Below are positions 28,409 to 40,109 of a DNA stretch of 64,000 bases, one piece after another; positions within the stretch are counted from its first letter, which is position 1; every line of letters begins with the position of its first letter. The notes beneath the pieces were generated by a model that saw only the letters and a program-made list of their open reading frames with translations, was not told the DNA's origin and searched no databases. Both the position numbers and the translations under genes were made by a program. This DNA is from an uncultured Acidimicrobiia bacterium. Lineage in GTDB: Bacteria > Actinomycetota > Acidimicrobiia > Spongiisociales > JAOTWH01. Where the stretch lies: contig CAYFYE010000004.1 in the NCBI GenBank assembly GCA_964347285.1, forward strand, positions 731 through 64,730, read 5' to 3'.

Positions 28409-29860
28409 CTACAGCAGTTCCTGGGTGGCGACGATCTGGACTCCGTCAAACTTCTTGAGCATGAAGTCCGAGGTCAAATCATCGTCCATGACGATATTCG
28501 CACTGCCTTCGGTCGAGCTCTCCCGAAGGGGGCTCGACGCCGAGTCGCAGGCTGATTCCACGACGACGTTCCCAAAGACGTTGATCCCCGAGGAGTACCG
28601 GACCTGCTCATGGGTTGCCAGAAGTCCTTTGACGCCGATCTGCGACTCGATATTCAGATCACCGCCGGCAACGAAGACGTATTTGTTCGCTCCGGGAGGT
28701 GCCTCGAGATCCCCCTGGCTCATGACGTGGATGGTGCCGCCCGACGTCGAGCAGTCCATCGCGGCGTCAACCGTTCCGGCCAGGATGCTCCACTGGGTGA
28801 TGCCGTCCCTCGGCCTCTTCGGCCGCACGATCACGTCGGCGCCGTCTACATAGAACACTCCGGGCGGAACGCGGCTCCTCTCGAACTCGACCGTCGTAGA
28901 TCCCACTCCGAATATGCCGAGATTGGGATGCATGAACGCTCCCGAGCACGGCTTGCCCGGCTCCGCCCTCATCTCCTCGGCGACGGCCGTATTGGCCGGA
29001 CCGGCATACACCCCGCTGGCGGGTGGCGAGAAAGACGCCCCGAAGCGGCAGACGTCGTACTCGGAACGATGGTGGGCACTGAGTGGATTGATGGATGGGA
29101 TGAACTGGTACTCCACCTCGACGGGACAGTCGGGCCCCTCCGTGGATTCCGGGTCGTATCCGGTGACGCACTCGTCGACGATTGCGGCTCCGCCCTGAAC
29201 GTCCATCTTTCCGTTCGTATGCGCGCCGCCGGTGATGAAGCTGCCACCGGTGATCGTGAGTGGACCGTCGGAGAGGATGGCGACTCCAGGGTCCCATGCC
29301 TCGGTTCCGACGAGCGGCCAGTAATCCACGACGACTACTCGCTCCTTGCGGACGCCGGCGTCGAGAGCAGGAGTGAAGCCCACCCCGTACAGCACCAGCC
29401 CCTCCTCGGGGCCGACGACCACGACCTCACCTTCTGGGGTCTCGAGGACCGTGTCGGGCTCGGCGCTCGCCAGAGACTCGGCGGCATCGAGCACATCCTG
29501 TTTGGTGGGAGAGGACGGCATGGAGACCATATTCACTGCATCACTCAGGTCGAGGCTTTCGATGACGTCATCAACGTCGTCGAACGTCGTGGGGACATCA
29601 TCGAAGATCGGATCGAGCGCGGTGAGGGTCGTATCGATTCCACTCTCGGCGACGTGGACCGCCTGTTCGAATGTGCGATCTCCACTGACCACGCGGTTTT
29701 CGCTCGCAGTAGTGACGACCAAGACCACGGATATGGCGACGAGGATGGCACCCAGGATGACCACCGAGGCCATGGCCAGTCCGCGTTCTTCCCTGCGCAG
29801 CCGATTGGCCAGACCCATGATTCGACGGTCTCTCGGCGTGCCGGTTTTACTCATCATCAC
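28409..29860 (-). CDS. PilX-like minor pilin with large C-terminal domain
   Basis: REERG|LAMASVVILGAILVAISVVLVV (no E5), A..VAESG motif, Gly/Val/Ile-rich beta-repeat C-terminus, 6 Cys. Confidence 0.8.
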   Translation of the reverse strand: MMMSKTGTPRDRRIMGLANRLRREERGLAMASVVILGAILVAISVVLVVTTASENRVVSGDRTFEQAVHVAESGIDTTLTALDPIFDDVPTTFDDVDDVIESLDLSDAVNMVSMPSSPTKQDVLDAAESLASAEPDTVLETPEGEVVVVGPEEGLVLYGVGFTPALDAGVRKERVVVVDYWPLVGTEAWDPGVAILSDGPLTITGGSFITGGAHTNGKMDVQGGAAIVDECVTGYDPESTEGPDCPVEVEYQFIPSINPLSAHHRSEYDVCRFGASFSPPASGVYAGPANTAVAEEMRAEPGKPCSGAFMHPNLGIFGVGSTTVEFERSRVPPGVFYVDGADVIVRPKRPRDGITQWSILAGTVDAAMDCSTSGGTIHVMSQGDLEAPPGANKYVFVAGGDLNIESQIGVKGLLATHEQVRYSSGINVFGNVVVESACDSASSPLRESSTEGSANIVMDDDLTSDFMLKKFDGVQIVATQELL

Positions 29861-29864
29861 GCTC

Positions 29865-30383
29865 CTATTGGCTGTTCCGCGCCTCGACCGTCGTTTGCAC
29901 CGATCGCGCTTTTACCGAGTCGGAAGGGTCGAGATCGATGGCGAGGGTGAGGGTGAGGGTGTTGTCGGCCACGGCGAACTCACTGTCGGCGGCGATCACT
30001 CCCCGCGCCACCATTGCGGCCGGGTCCGAGCTGTCGTCGGTCGACCGCTGCAGGGTTCCGTCACCCAAGATCTCATAGGTGACCAGCTCCCCGACATCGG
30101 GAGCTCCGCCACTTCTGTCCTCGTCCACCCAGAACGAGAATGAATCGTCGCCGCTGCCGGGCGGGTAGATCTCGGTCGCGAAGCGGACCTCCTTGACAAT
30201 GCGACTCTTGGCGGCGCGCAGGGCGTCGATCACTTCCAGACGCGCCTCTTGGGCACGGTCGGCGCGCACTACAGCGATCATCCACGTGACCATGCCGGCG
30301 GTCACTACTGCAGCGATGAACATCGCCACCATCAGCTCGACCAGCGTCAAACCCCGCTGGTCACGGTGCGTGAACCTCCTCAC
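29865..30383 (-). CDS. PilW/PulJ-like minor pilin
   Basis: RDQRG|LTLVELMVAMFIAAVV; GTG 30383 overlaps the upstream stop. Confidence 0.85.
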   Translation of the reverse strand: MRRFTHRDQRGLTLVELMVAMFIAAVVTAGMVTWMIAVVRADRAQEARLEVIDALRAAKSRIVKEVRFATEIYPPGSGDDSFSFWVDEDRSGGAPDVGELVTYEILGDGTLQRSTDDSSDPAAMVARGVIAADSEFAVADNTLTLTLAIDLDPSDSVKARSVQTTVEARNSQ

Positions 30384-30871
30384 CGGGACCTCGCTCTCGA
30401 GAACAGCGACGAGGTGTGGTGTTCGCGCTCGGTGCCTCCGGCCGACCAGTTGACGATGACGACCACGCGTCGCAGGTCGGCGTCGACTTCGGTGACGTAC
30501 TGCCAAACGACGAATTCCTGGCCGTCGAGAGTTTCGATGCGCCTCGGGTCGATGAGACCGGCACTGGCGTCGATGACCAGCGCTTCGTTGCCGGGGAGGT
30601 CGGCCGCCGACGCTTTGAGGTTGCTTCCGGCCACCCTAGGGTCACCCGCTTCGACGGTCGACATCGCCACCTCGTCCCAGGTCATCGATCGAGCCGTCTC
30701 CACGCCCTCGATGCTGAGCTGGGTAGCCTGCTCCTGGATCCGTGCTTCGCGACCGCTGCGAAAGCTGGCGTTCAACGAAGCCCCCAGCGCGACGAACAGG
30801 ATCACCGCCAGGACCAGTGCCACCAGCCCTTCCACGATCGTGAAGCCGCGCTCGTTCACGGCGAAATCCAT
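30380..30871 (-). CDS. PilV/PulI-like minor pilin
   Basis: NERG|FTIVEGLVALVLAVILFVALG...VRRV-type C-terminal strand (LRRVVVIVNW); start ATG 30871 or 30916. Confidence 0.85.
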   Translation of the reverse strand: MDFAVNERGFTIVEGLVALVLAVILFVALGASLNASFRSGREARIQEQATQLSIEGVETARSMTWDEVAMSTVEAGDPRVAGSNLKASAADLPGNEALVIDASAGLIDPRRIETLDGQEFVVWQYVTEVDADLRRVVVIVNWSAGGTEREHHTSSLFSRARSR

Positions 30872-30925
30872 GGATCGCCGACTCGTTGGGCGCGTTGTCC
30901 TGGGGCTGGTTGCCATTCAGTAGGG

Positions 30926-30953
30926 CTATCGACCACCGTTCGCGGCGACTTGA
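30926..30953 (-). promoter_or_regulatory. Putative sigma-28/WhiG-type promoter of the minor-pilin operon
   Basis: Minus strand TCAAG-N16-TCGATAG; shares TCAAGTCGC with the pilA promoter. Confidence 0.65.
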
Positions 30954-31016
30954 GGCGGGTCCGCCACGACAGTGGGTCATTCGCCTCCGAAAGGAATGAC
31001 TAGCTACCGGAACCGG

Positions 31017-33209
31017 TCAGCGGCCTGCTTCGGGCAGCAGGCGGTACGCGTCGAACACGCCCTCGGTGTTGCGGAGTTGGCCGATCAGGCGCTCCAGTTG
31101 CTCGGGATCGCCGAGTTCCAGCTCGTAGCGGAGCACCGCCACCCGATCGCGGCCGGTCGCCGTCGAAGAGGCGGTGATGTTGGCCCCGATGTCCGCCAAC
31201 AGCGAGGTGACATCCCGGAGAAGGCGGGGGCGATCGAGGGCCTCGATCTGGACCCAGACGCTGAAGGCTCCAACATGGTCCGGATCCCAGGCCACATCGA
31301 TCATGCGCTCGGATTGCTCGCCGAGCGCAATGATGTTGGTGCAATCGGAACGATGCACCGACACTCCCCTTCCCACCGTCACGAAGCCCACGATGGCGTC
31401 TCCAGGCACCGGGGCGCAGCAGCGGGCGACCCGGACCAGGACATCGTCGAGCCCCTCGACGATGATGGCGCCCGAGGGACGCCGCAGCCGGGTAGGCGGC
31501 GCCGGCTCGAGAAGATCTTGCGGCTCTTCTTCCTCGGGGCGAAGACGCCGTACCAGCCTGGTCACCACCGTCTCGGGGGCAACCTTCCCCTCCCCAAGGG
31601 CCGCGTACAGGGCATCGAGATCCCGGTAGCTCATCCGTTCGGCGATTTCGAGGAGGTGCCGGTCCCGCTCGGCGGCTCCCAGGCCGAGGCCTTCGCGACG
31701 GATCAGCTCGCCGAGGTGCTCCCGGCCCTCTGACACGGCTGCTTCACGCCGCTCCTTCGAGAACCATTGGCGAATCTTGGCGGCCGCCCGCGACGACTTG
31801 ACGAGGCCGAGCCAGTCCCTGCTCGGTCCGGCGTCGGGCGCCTTGGAGGTCGAGATCTCGACGATGTCTCCCGACTTCAGCTCGGTAGCCAAAGGAACGA
31901 GCCGTCCGTTCACTTTGGCGCCGACGCATCGATGGCCCACCTCGGTGTGGATCGAGTATGCGAAGTCGACCGGGGTGGCCCCTCTCGGCAGCGTGATCAC
32001 ATCGCCCTTGGGGGTGAGGACGAACACCTCGTCCTGGTACAGGTCGATCTTCAGGTTGGCCAAGAACTCGGAAGGGTCGGTGTACTCCTCTTGGAGGAAC
32101 CGGATGTCCGACATCCATTTGAGATCGTCGGGGCCGATGCCCTCCTTGTAGCGCCAATGAGAGGCGATGCCGTACTCGGCTCGCTCGTTCATGTCCCGCG
32201 TCCGGATCTGCACCTCCAGCGGCTTGCCGTCGGGACCGACCACCGTGGTGTGCAGGCTCTGGTACAGGTTGAACTTGGGCATGGCCACGTAGTCCTTGAA
32301 GCGGCCGTGAACGGGCGGCCACAGGGTGTGGACCACTCCCAGAGCCGCGTAGCAGTCCCGCACCTCGTCGACCACGATGCGAATGCCGATCAGGTCGTGG
32401 ATCTCTTCGAAGGGAAGGCCGGTCTCCATCATCTTGCGGTAGATGCTGTAGGGATGCTTGGGCCGTCCGTGCACGTCGCCCCCGATGTCGTGCTCCGCAA
32501 GCGTTGCCGACACCACCTCGATGACCTTTTCGATGTAGGCGTCCCGTTCGGGAGCGCGCGACCGCAACAGCTGGCCGATCTCGGCGTTGCGCTTGGGAAA
32601 GAGGATGGCGAAGCAGCGATCCTCCATCTCATGCTTGATCTCTTGAACCCCGAGCCGGTGAGCCAGCGGTGCGTAGATCTCGAGGGTTTCCCGGGCAATC
32701 CGTTCCTGCTTCTCGGGGGCCAGCGCATCCAGGGTGCGCACGTTGTGCAGGCGATCGGCCAGCTTGATGAGGAGGACTCGTACATCAGCTGCCATTGCCA
32801 CCACCATCTTGCGGATGCTGGCCGCCTGCTGCTCTTCTTTGGTGGTAAAGCTGATCCGGTCCAGCTTGGTGACCCCGTCAATCAGACGGGCTACCTCGGC
32901 GCCGAACTCCCGGCTCACCTCGTCCAGCGTCACGTCGGTGTCCTCGACGGTGTCGTGGAGCAGAGCCGCGGCGATGGTGTCGGCGTCCATTCCGTACTCG
33001 GCAAGGATCATGGCGACCGTGAGCGGATGGGAGATGAACGGCTCGCCGCTCTTGCGTATCTGGCCGCTGTGCCATTTGTGGGCGAGGGCGTAGGCCCGGT
33101 GAATGGAGCCGTTGGAGGCTTCGGGGTGGTGTTTGTCGAATGCTCGCAGCAGCGACTGCAGCTCGGCGACGACGGCGTCGTCGGGTCGACGACGCTCAGG
33201 GCTCGTCAT
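31017..33209 (-). CDS. relA: Bifunctional (p)ppGpp synthetase/hydrolase Rel
   Basis: HD motif LLHDTVED, IKLADRLHN, GRPKHPYSIY, YQSLHT, EVQIRT, TGS and ACT domains. Confidence 0.98.
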   Translation of the reverse strand: MTSPERRRPDDAVVAELQSLLRAFDKHHPEASNGSIHRAYALAHKWHSGQIRKSGEPFISHPLTVAMILAEYGMDADTIAAALLHDTVEDTDVTLDEVSREFGAEVARLIDGVTKLDRISFTTKEEQQAASIRKMVVAMAADVRVLLIKLADRLHNVRTLDALAPEKQERIARETLEIYAPLAHRLGVQEIKHEMEDRCFAILFPKRNAEIGQLLRSRAPERDAYIEKVIEVVSATLAEHDIGGDVHGRPKHPYSIYRKMMETGLPFEEIHDLIGIRIVVDEVRDCYAALGVVHTLWPPVHGRFKDYVAMPKFNLYQSLHTTVVGPDGKPLEVQIRTRDMNERAEYGIASHWRYKEGIGPDDLKWMSDIRFLQEEYTDPSEFLANLKIDLYQDEVFVLTPKGDVITLPRGATPVDFAYSIHTEVGHRCVGAKVNGRLVPLATELKSGDIVEISTSKAPDAGPSRDWLGLVKSSRAAAKIRQWFSKERREAAVSEGREHLGELIRREGLGLGAAERDRHLLEIAERMSYRDLDALYAALGEGKVAPETVVTRLVRRLRPEEEEPQDLLEPAPPTRLRRPSGAIIVEGLDDVLVRVARCCAPVPGDAIVGFVTVGRGVSVHRSDCTNIIALGEQSERMIDVAWDPDHVGAFSVWVQIEALDRPRLLRDVTSLLADIGANITASSTATGRDRVAVLRYELELGDPEQLERLIGQLRNTEGVFDAYRLLPEAGR

Positions 33210-33729
33210 AGCTCACCAGCGAGGTCAGCGGCACGTCGTCGGGCACCTGCTTGCGGCCGTTGAGAAAGGCCAGCTCGACGAGAACCGATACTCCGACGAC
33301 TTCGGCGCCGAGACGCTGCGCCAGCCTGATTGCGGCCGCGGCGGTACCGCCGGTGGCCAGGACGTCGTCGACGATCACAACCCGGTCGCCGGGCTCGAGG
33401 GCATCGCGATGCACCTCGAGCAGGTCGGTGCCGTATTCGAGCTCGTATTCCTCCGCTTCTACGTGATAGGGGAGCTTGCCGGGCTTGCGGACCGGTACGA
33501 AACCCACACCCAATCGGCGGGCCACCGGGACCCCGAAGATGAAGCCCCGGGCTTCGATCCCGATGACCTTGCTCACCGCGTCCTGCTCATAGGGGTCGGC
33601 CAGCCCGGCCACGGCCGCGGAGAGCGCCTCGCTGTCGGCGAGGACCGGCGTGATGTCCTTGAACACCACCCCCGGCTGGGGGAAGTCGGGGATGTCCCGA
33701 ATGAGCGCCTTGAAATCCTTTTCCGTCAC
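33196..33729 (-). CDS. apt: Adenine phosphoribosyltransferase
   Basis: IPDFPQPGVVFKDITP, EARGFIFG, RKPGKLP, VDDVLATGGT. Confidence 0.97.
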   Translation of the reverse strand: MTEKDFKALIRDIPDFPQPGVVFKDITPVLADSEALSAAVAGLADPYEQDAVSKVIGIEARGFIFGVPVARRLGVGFVPVRKPGKLPYHVEAEEYELEYGTDLLEVHRDALEPGDRVVIVDDVLATGGTAAAAIRLAQRLGAEVVGVSVLVELAFLNGRKQVPDDVPLTSLVSYDEP

Positions 33730-33761
33730 GGCCCCACCTTATTACGCCGGGTCATCGAGCC

Positions 33762-34859
33762 TCATCCCTTGCGGCGGCGGCGTTTGGGGGGGCGGGCCAC
33801 TGCTCCGCTCCCCGCCCGAGGCCTGACCTCGGGCTCGACACGTTGCGGCGGTCGATCGGTGGACCCGGGCGTCGCAGCGGACACCGCTGGGGCCGGTTCG
33901 GCAACCGGAGCGCTCACCTTTCGGGCGGCACGCCGCTCCACTCTCTGCCAGCGGGCCTCTCGCTGCTTCCATACCGCCAGCAGCGGAGCGGCGACGAAGA
34001 TCGAGGAATAGGTGCCGGCGGCGATGCCCACGAAGAGGGCCAGGGCGAACTCGCGCAGGGTGGCCGCCCCCAAGAGATACGCTCCCACGAAGAGGAGGCT
34101 CCCCACCGGCAGCAAGCTGGTCAACGACGTGTTGATGGATCTCATGAGAACGAGGTTCATCGACAGGTTGACGATGTCCCCGATCGGACGCTCGTCGCCG
34201 TAGTAGTCGATCTCTTCGACGACCTTGTCGAACACCACCACGCTGTCGTACAGCGAGTAGCCGAGGATCGTCAAGACGGCGATGACGGTGGCCGGGGTGA
34301 CCTCGAATCCGGTCACCGAATACACGCCGGACGTGATCAGCAAGTCGTGGAAGAGGGCAACCAGGGCTGCGGCCGCCATTCGCCATTCGAGGCGGAGCCA
34401 GATGAACGCCGCCACCACGCCCACAAAGATGATGAGGGCCCACAAGGCCCGGTCGGCCACTTGACGCCCGAAGGTCGGTCCGACCGATTCCACGCTGGCG
34501 TCGTCGACGTCCACTCCGGCAACGCCGGTGATCACTTCCACGAGCTCGGTCTCTTGGGCCGGGTCCAGCTCCTCGGTCTGCACCCGGACGCCCTCTCCCC
34601 CACCGGTCAGCTGCACCTTGGCGCCGGCCCGCCCCACTCCGGCGAGAGCGTCGCGCATGTCGGCCACCTCGATGCCTGCCTCGTTCGGCACCTCCACCAC
34701 CGTCCCGCCGGCAAAATCGACACTCAGGTTGAGCCCGCGCACGGCCAGCGACAGGACCGCAAGGAAGATGAGCGTCCCCGACAGGATGAACCACCGCCGC
34801 CGGTTGCCGACGAAGTCGATCGAAGTCTCGGCCCGGTAGAGGCGCCGGAGGACGCTCAC
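33762..34859 (-). CDS. secF: Protein translocase subunit SecF
   Basis: DFAGG, SVGPTFG, LFHDL, GYSLYDSVVVFD, RSINTS. Confidence 0.96.
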   Translation of the reverse strand: MSVLRRLYRAETSIDFVGNRRRWFILSGTLIFLAVLSLAVRGLNLSVDFAGGTVVEVPNEAGIEVADMRDALAGVGRAGAKVQLTGGGEGVRVQTEELDPAQETELVEVITGVAGVDVDDASVESVGPTFGRQVADRALWALIIFVGVVAAFIWLRLEWRMAAAALVALFHDLLITSGVYSVTGFEVTPATVIAVLTILGYSLYDSVVVFDKVVEEIDYYGDERPIGDIVNLSMNLVLMRSINTSLTSLLPVGSLLFVGAYLLGAATLREFALALFVGIAAGTYSSIFVAAPLLAVWKQREARWQRVERRAARKVSAPVAEPAPAVSAATPGSTDRPPQRVEPEVRPRAGSGAVARPPKRRRRKG

Positions 34860-36493
34860 GTCGTCGCCTCCGTTGCCGCTCCCCCAGAGGGGTGCCCTAC
34901 CGCTCCTCGTACCGTGAATCGTCCGCCCTCACCCATCCGGGTCCTCACCAGCAAGGCCGTGGCCGGCCGGGTGAAGAAATAGGCGACGAGCACGTCGGTG
35001 ACCGTGGCGATGCCCAAGGCGAGTGCAAACCCTTCCACCGCCCCGATGGCGAGAGTGAACAGCAAGACCGCCATTGCGAACGACACTGCATCGGCGGTGA
35101 GGATGGTGCGGAAGGCGCGCGGGAAAGCGTGGTCGACCGATGAGCGCAGCGCCCGGCCGTTACGCACCTCTTCCTTGATGCGTTCGAAATAGACGATGTA
35201 CGAATCCGAGGTGATGCCGATCGAGACGATGATTCCGGCCACTCCGGCCAGCGTGAGGGTGCGGCCCTGCAGCTCACCGAGCAACGAGAAGGCCACCAGG
35301 AGGATCGACCCGAATACCGTCAAACCAACCACAGCGACCAGGCCGAGCGCCCGGTAGTAGGCCAGCATGGCGAGGGCCACGAGAATGAGCCCGCCGATGC
35401 CGGCGACCAGGCCGGCATTCAGGGAATCGGCGCCGAGCGTCGCCGAGACCTGTTCGACCCGGTCCCTTTGGAAGGTGGTGGGCAGGGCGCCGTAGCGGAG
35501 CACCGTGGCCAGGTCCTCGGCCTCTCTCTGCGGGTCGGCGGTGCCGCTGCCGATGGTGATCTGCACCGCTTGGGCCGACAGCCCCTCGGTCGGGGTCACC
35601 TCGGCCGCCACCTGGGGAGCCGACACCACCGTTCCGTCGAGCACGATGGCGAAGCGCCGCCGGGGATCACCCACCGGGAACCCCGCCAGGACCTTGGTGG
35701 CGTCTTCGAACCTCTGAGCCCCTTCCGAGGTGAAGTCGGGGTCGACCACCCACCCCTGAACGAAGCTGCCGGTGGAGCCACCGCCCTGGAAGCCGGCCTG
35801 GGCTCCGGTGATGTCGGCGCCCAGCACCAGGGCGGGGCCGACGTGGTAGATCAGGCCGGTCGACTCCTCGAGCAGCCAGGCCTCCTGAGTCGGATCGTCA
35901 ACGATGGTCAGTCCGGTTTCCGGGTCGACCCCGGGTGGAAAGACGACGTCGGCGAGGGGGTCGGCAAGAGTGGTTGTGGTGGTAGTGCCCTCAGTGGTGG
36001 TCGCAGTGCCCTCCTCCCCGGTCGTGGTTGTCGTCGCCTGCTCGTCCCCGATCGTGGTGGTCGTGGCCTGCTCGGCGGCCCGCTCGGCGGCGGCCGAGGT
36101 CAGGGCATCCTCGGCGAACGGGCTCACTCCGGGCACCGATCCAACGTCGAAGACCTGGCGGAAGGACAGCTGACCGGTCGTGCCCACCGCGTTGAGGGCG
36201 CGCTCGCGGTCGGTGACACCGGGGAGTTGGATTTCGATGCTGCGGCCGCCCTTGACGGCGATCTCGGGTTCTTGAACGCTTCCGAGCGAGGCAATGCGCC
36301 GCTCCATGATGTCCTTGGCCTTCTCGAGGACCTCTTCATCGGTGCCCTCGGGGGCCGACAGCACGACCGAGAAGCCTCCCTGGAGGTCGAGGCCGAGAAC
36401 CGGCTCGGTGCCGGTGACCAGCACAGCGACCAGTCCGCCCCAGGCCACGAGCAGGGCGATGAGCGTCAGGAGGAAGGCGCGGCCGCGGCTCAC
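34856..36493 (-). CDS. secD: Protein translocase subunit SecD with Thr-rich insertion
   Basis: LGLDLQGG, FAIVLDG, LRYGALP, IGITSDSYIVYFERIKEE. Confidence 0.96.
   Translation of the reverse strand: MSRGRAFLLTLIALLVAWGGLVAVLVTGTEPVLGLDLQGGFSVVLSAPEGTDEEVLEKAKDIMERRIASLGSVQEPEIAVKGGRSIEIQLPGVTDRERALNAVGTTGQLSFRQVFDVGSVPGVSPFAEDALTSAAAERAAEQATTTTIGDEQATTTTTGEEGTATTTEGTTTTTTLADPLADVVFPPGVDPETGLTIVDDPTQEAWLLEESTGLIYHVGPALVLGADITGAQAGFQGGGSTGSFVQGWVVDPDFTSEGAQRFEDATKVLAGFPVGDPRRRFAIVLDGTVVSAPQVAAEVTPTEGLSAQAVQITIGSGTADPQREAEDLATVLRYGALPTTFQRDRVEQVSATLGADSLNAGLVAGIGGLILVALAMLAYYRALGLVAVVGLTVFGSILLVAFSLLGELQGRTLTLAGVAGIIVSIGITSDSYIVYFERIKEEVRNGRALRSSVDHAFPRAFRTILTADAVSFAMAVLLFTLAIGAVEGFALALGIATVTDVLVAYFFTRPATALLVRTRMGEGGRFTVRGAVGHPSGGAATEATT
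36015..36074 (-). repeat. 30-bp imperfect tandem duplication encoding EQATTTT(I/T)G in SecD
   Basis: Units 36015-36044 and 36045-36074 match at 27/30 positions. Confidence 0.8.
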
Positions 36494-36494
36494 G

Positions 36495-36806
36495 TCAGTC
36501 CGGCTGGGTCACCTTGGACGCAATGGCTCGGCGGGCCACCCGGAGTGAGCCGCCGTCCTCCACCTCGATCACCATCGAGTCCTCATCCATCCGGCGAATG
36601 ATCCCGTAGATGCCTCCAGCCGTCTGCACCTCGTCGCCGATTTCGAGCGAGCCCATCAGCTCCTGATGACGACGGGCCCGGCCCCTTTGGGGACGCAGAA
36701 TGAGGAGATAGAAGATGCCGCCCAGAATCGCTCCGTAGATGAGCAACGTCACCAGCGCATTGGATCCGTTGGTGCTCTCTTGGGCCAGGATCAGGCTTTC
36801 GAACAT
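36495..36806 (-). CDS. yajC: Preprotein translocase subunit YajC
   Basis: YLLILRPQ, L.IGDEVQTAGGIYG; ATG 36806 after GGAGGA. Confidence 0.93.
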   Translation of the reverse strand: MFESLILAQESTNGSNALVTLLIYGAILGGIFYLLILRPQRGRARRHQELMGSLEIGDEVQTAGGIYGIIRRMDEDSMVIEVEDGGSLRVARRAIASKVTQPD

Positions 36807-36870
36807 GATTCCTCCGGCGGCGCCGTCGTCACGGCTGCGCGTGGCACGGCGGAAAGGAGATTCGGAATCG

Positions 36871-39002
<2,132 letters not shown>

Positions 39003-39061
39003 CCCGCTCAGGGTAAGCGGCCCTCCGGTGCTGCGTGCCGCCTACCGCCCGACCGCCGCCT

Positions 39062-40105
39062 TCACCGTTCCAGCAAGGTCGCCTGATCTCCCCCCTCCGG
39101 CACCGGCGGATTGAGGCCCAAGTGCTCGAAGGCGCGCCGGGTGGCCGTCCGCCCCCGGGGCGTGCGCTGCAACATGCCCAGCCGAAGAAGGTAGGGCTCA
39201 TAGGCGTCCTCGACGGTCTCGGGCTCCTCGCCCACGGCGATGGCGAGCGTCGAAAGCCCCACCGGTCCGCCGCCGAACTTCTCGGCGACGGCGCGCAGGA
39301 TGGATCGGTCGACCCGGTCGAGGCCCAGATCATCGACCTCGAACATGGCCAGGGCGTCGCGGGCCGTGGTGTGATCCACCGACCCGTCGGCGCGCACCTC
39401 GGCGTAATCGCGCACCCGGCGCAGCAGTCGGTTGGCGATACGAGGAGTTCCCCGGCTCCGTTCGGCGATAGCCAGGGCGCCTTCTTCGTTGATCGGTACC
39501 TCGAGAATGCCCGCCGAGCGGTGCACGATGGCATGGAGGTCGCCGGGCCGGTAGTAGTCGAGGCGGGCCACGTAGCCGAAGCGGTCCCGCAGGGGCGGCG
39601 ACACCCTGCCGACCCGAGTGGTGGCGCCGATGAGGGTGAAGGGCGGCAGATCGAGCCGAATCGAACGGGCCGCCGGACCCTTGCCGACCACTATGTCGAT
39701 GTGGAAGTCTTCCATCGCCGGATAGAGGACCTCCTCCACGACGCGCGGCAGACGGTGGACCTCGTCGACGAACAGCACATCGCCGATCTCGAGATGGGTC
39801 AACACCGCGGCCAGGTCACCCGGCCGCTCCAACGCCGGCCCCGAGGTGGCCCTGAGGCCTGCGCCCATCTCGGCGGCGAGGATGCCGGCGAGGGTCGTCT
39901 TGCCGAGGCCGGGGGGACCGGAGAACAAGGTGTGATCGAGCGGCTCGCGTCGAGACCGGGCGGCTTCGATCAGTATGTGGAGCCGCTCCTTGAGGTCGGT
40001 CTGGCCGACGAACTCCTCGAGATTGCGGGGCCGGAGTCCCGGTTGAGCCTCGAACAGTTCGTCTTCGGGAGCCGCCGGACCGGCCAAGAGCCCTTCGTCC
40101 CTCAC
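39062..40105 (-). CDS. ruvB: Holliday junction branch migration ATPase
   Basis: [41 protein letters not shown]. Confidence 0.98.
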   Translation of the reverse strand: MRDEGLLAGPAAPEDELFEAQPGLRPRNLEEFVGQTDLKERLHILIEAARSRREPLDHTLFSGPPGLGKTTLAGILAAEMGAGLRATSGPALERPGDLAAVLTHLEIGDVLFVDEVHRLPRVVEEVLYPAMEDFHIDIVVGKGPAARSIRLDLPPFTLIGATTRVGRVSPPLRDRFGYVARLDYYRPGDLHAIVHRSAGILEVPINEEGALAIAERSRGTPRIANRLLRRVRDYAEVRADGSVDHTTARDALAMFEVDDLGLDRVDRSILRAVAEKFGGGPVGLSTLAIAVGEEPETVEDAYEPYLLRLGMLQRTPRGRTATRRAFEHLGLNPPVPEGGDQATLLER

Positions 40106-40109
40106 GTGT

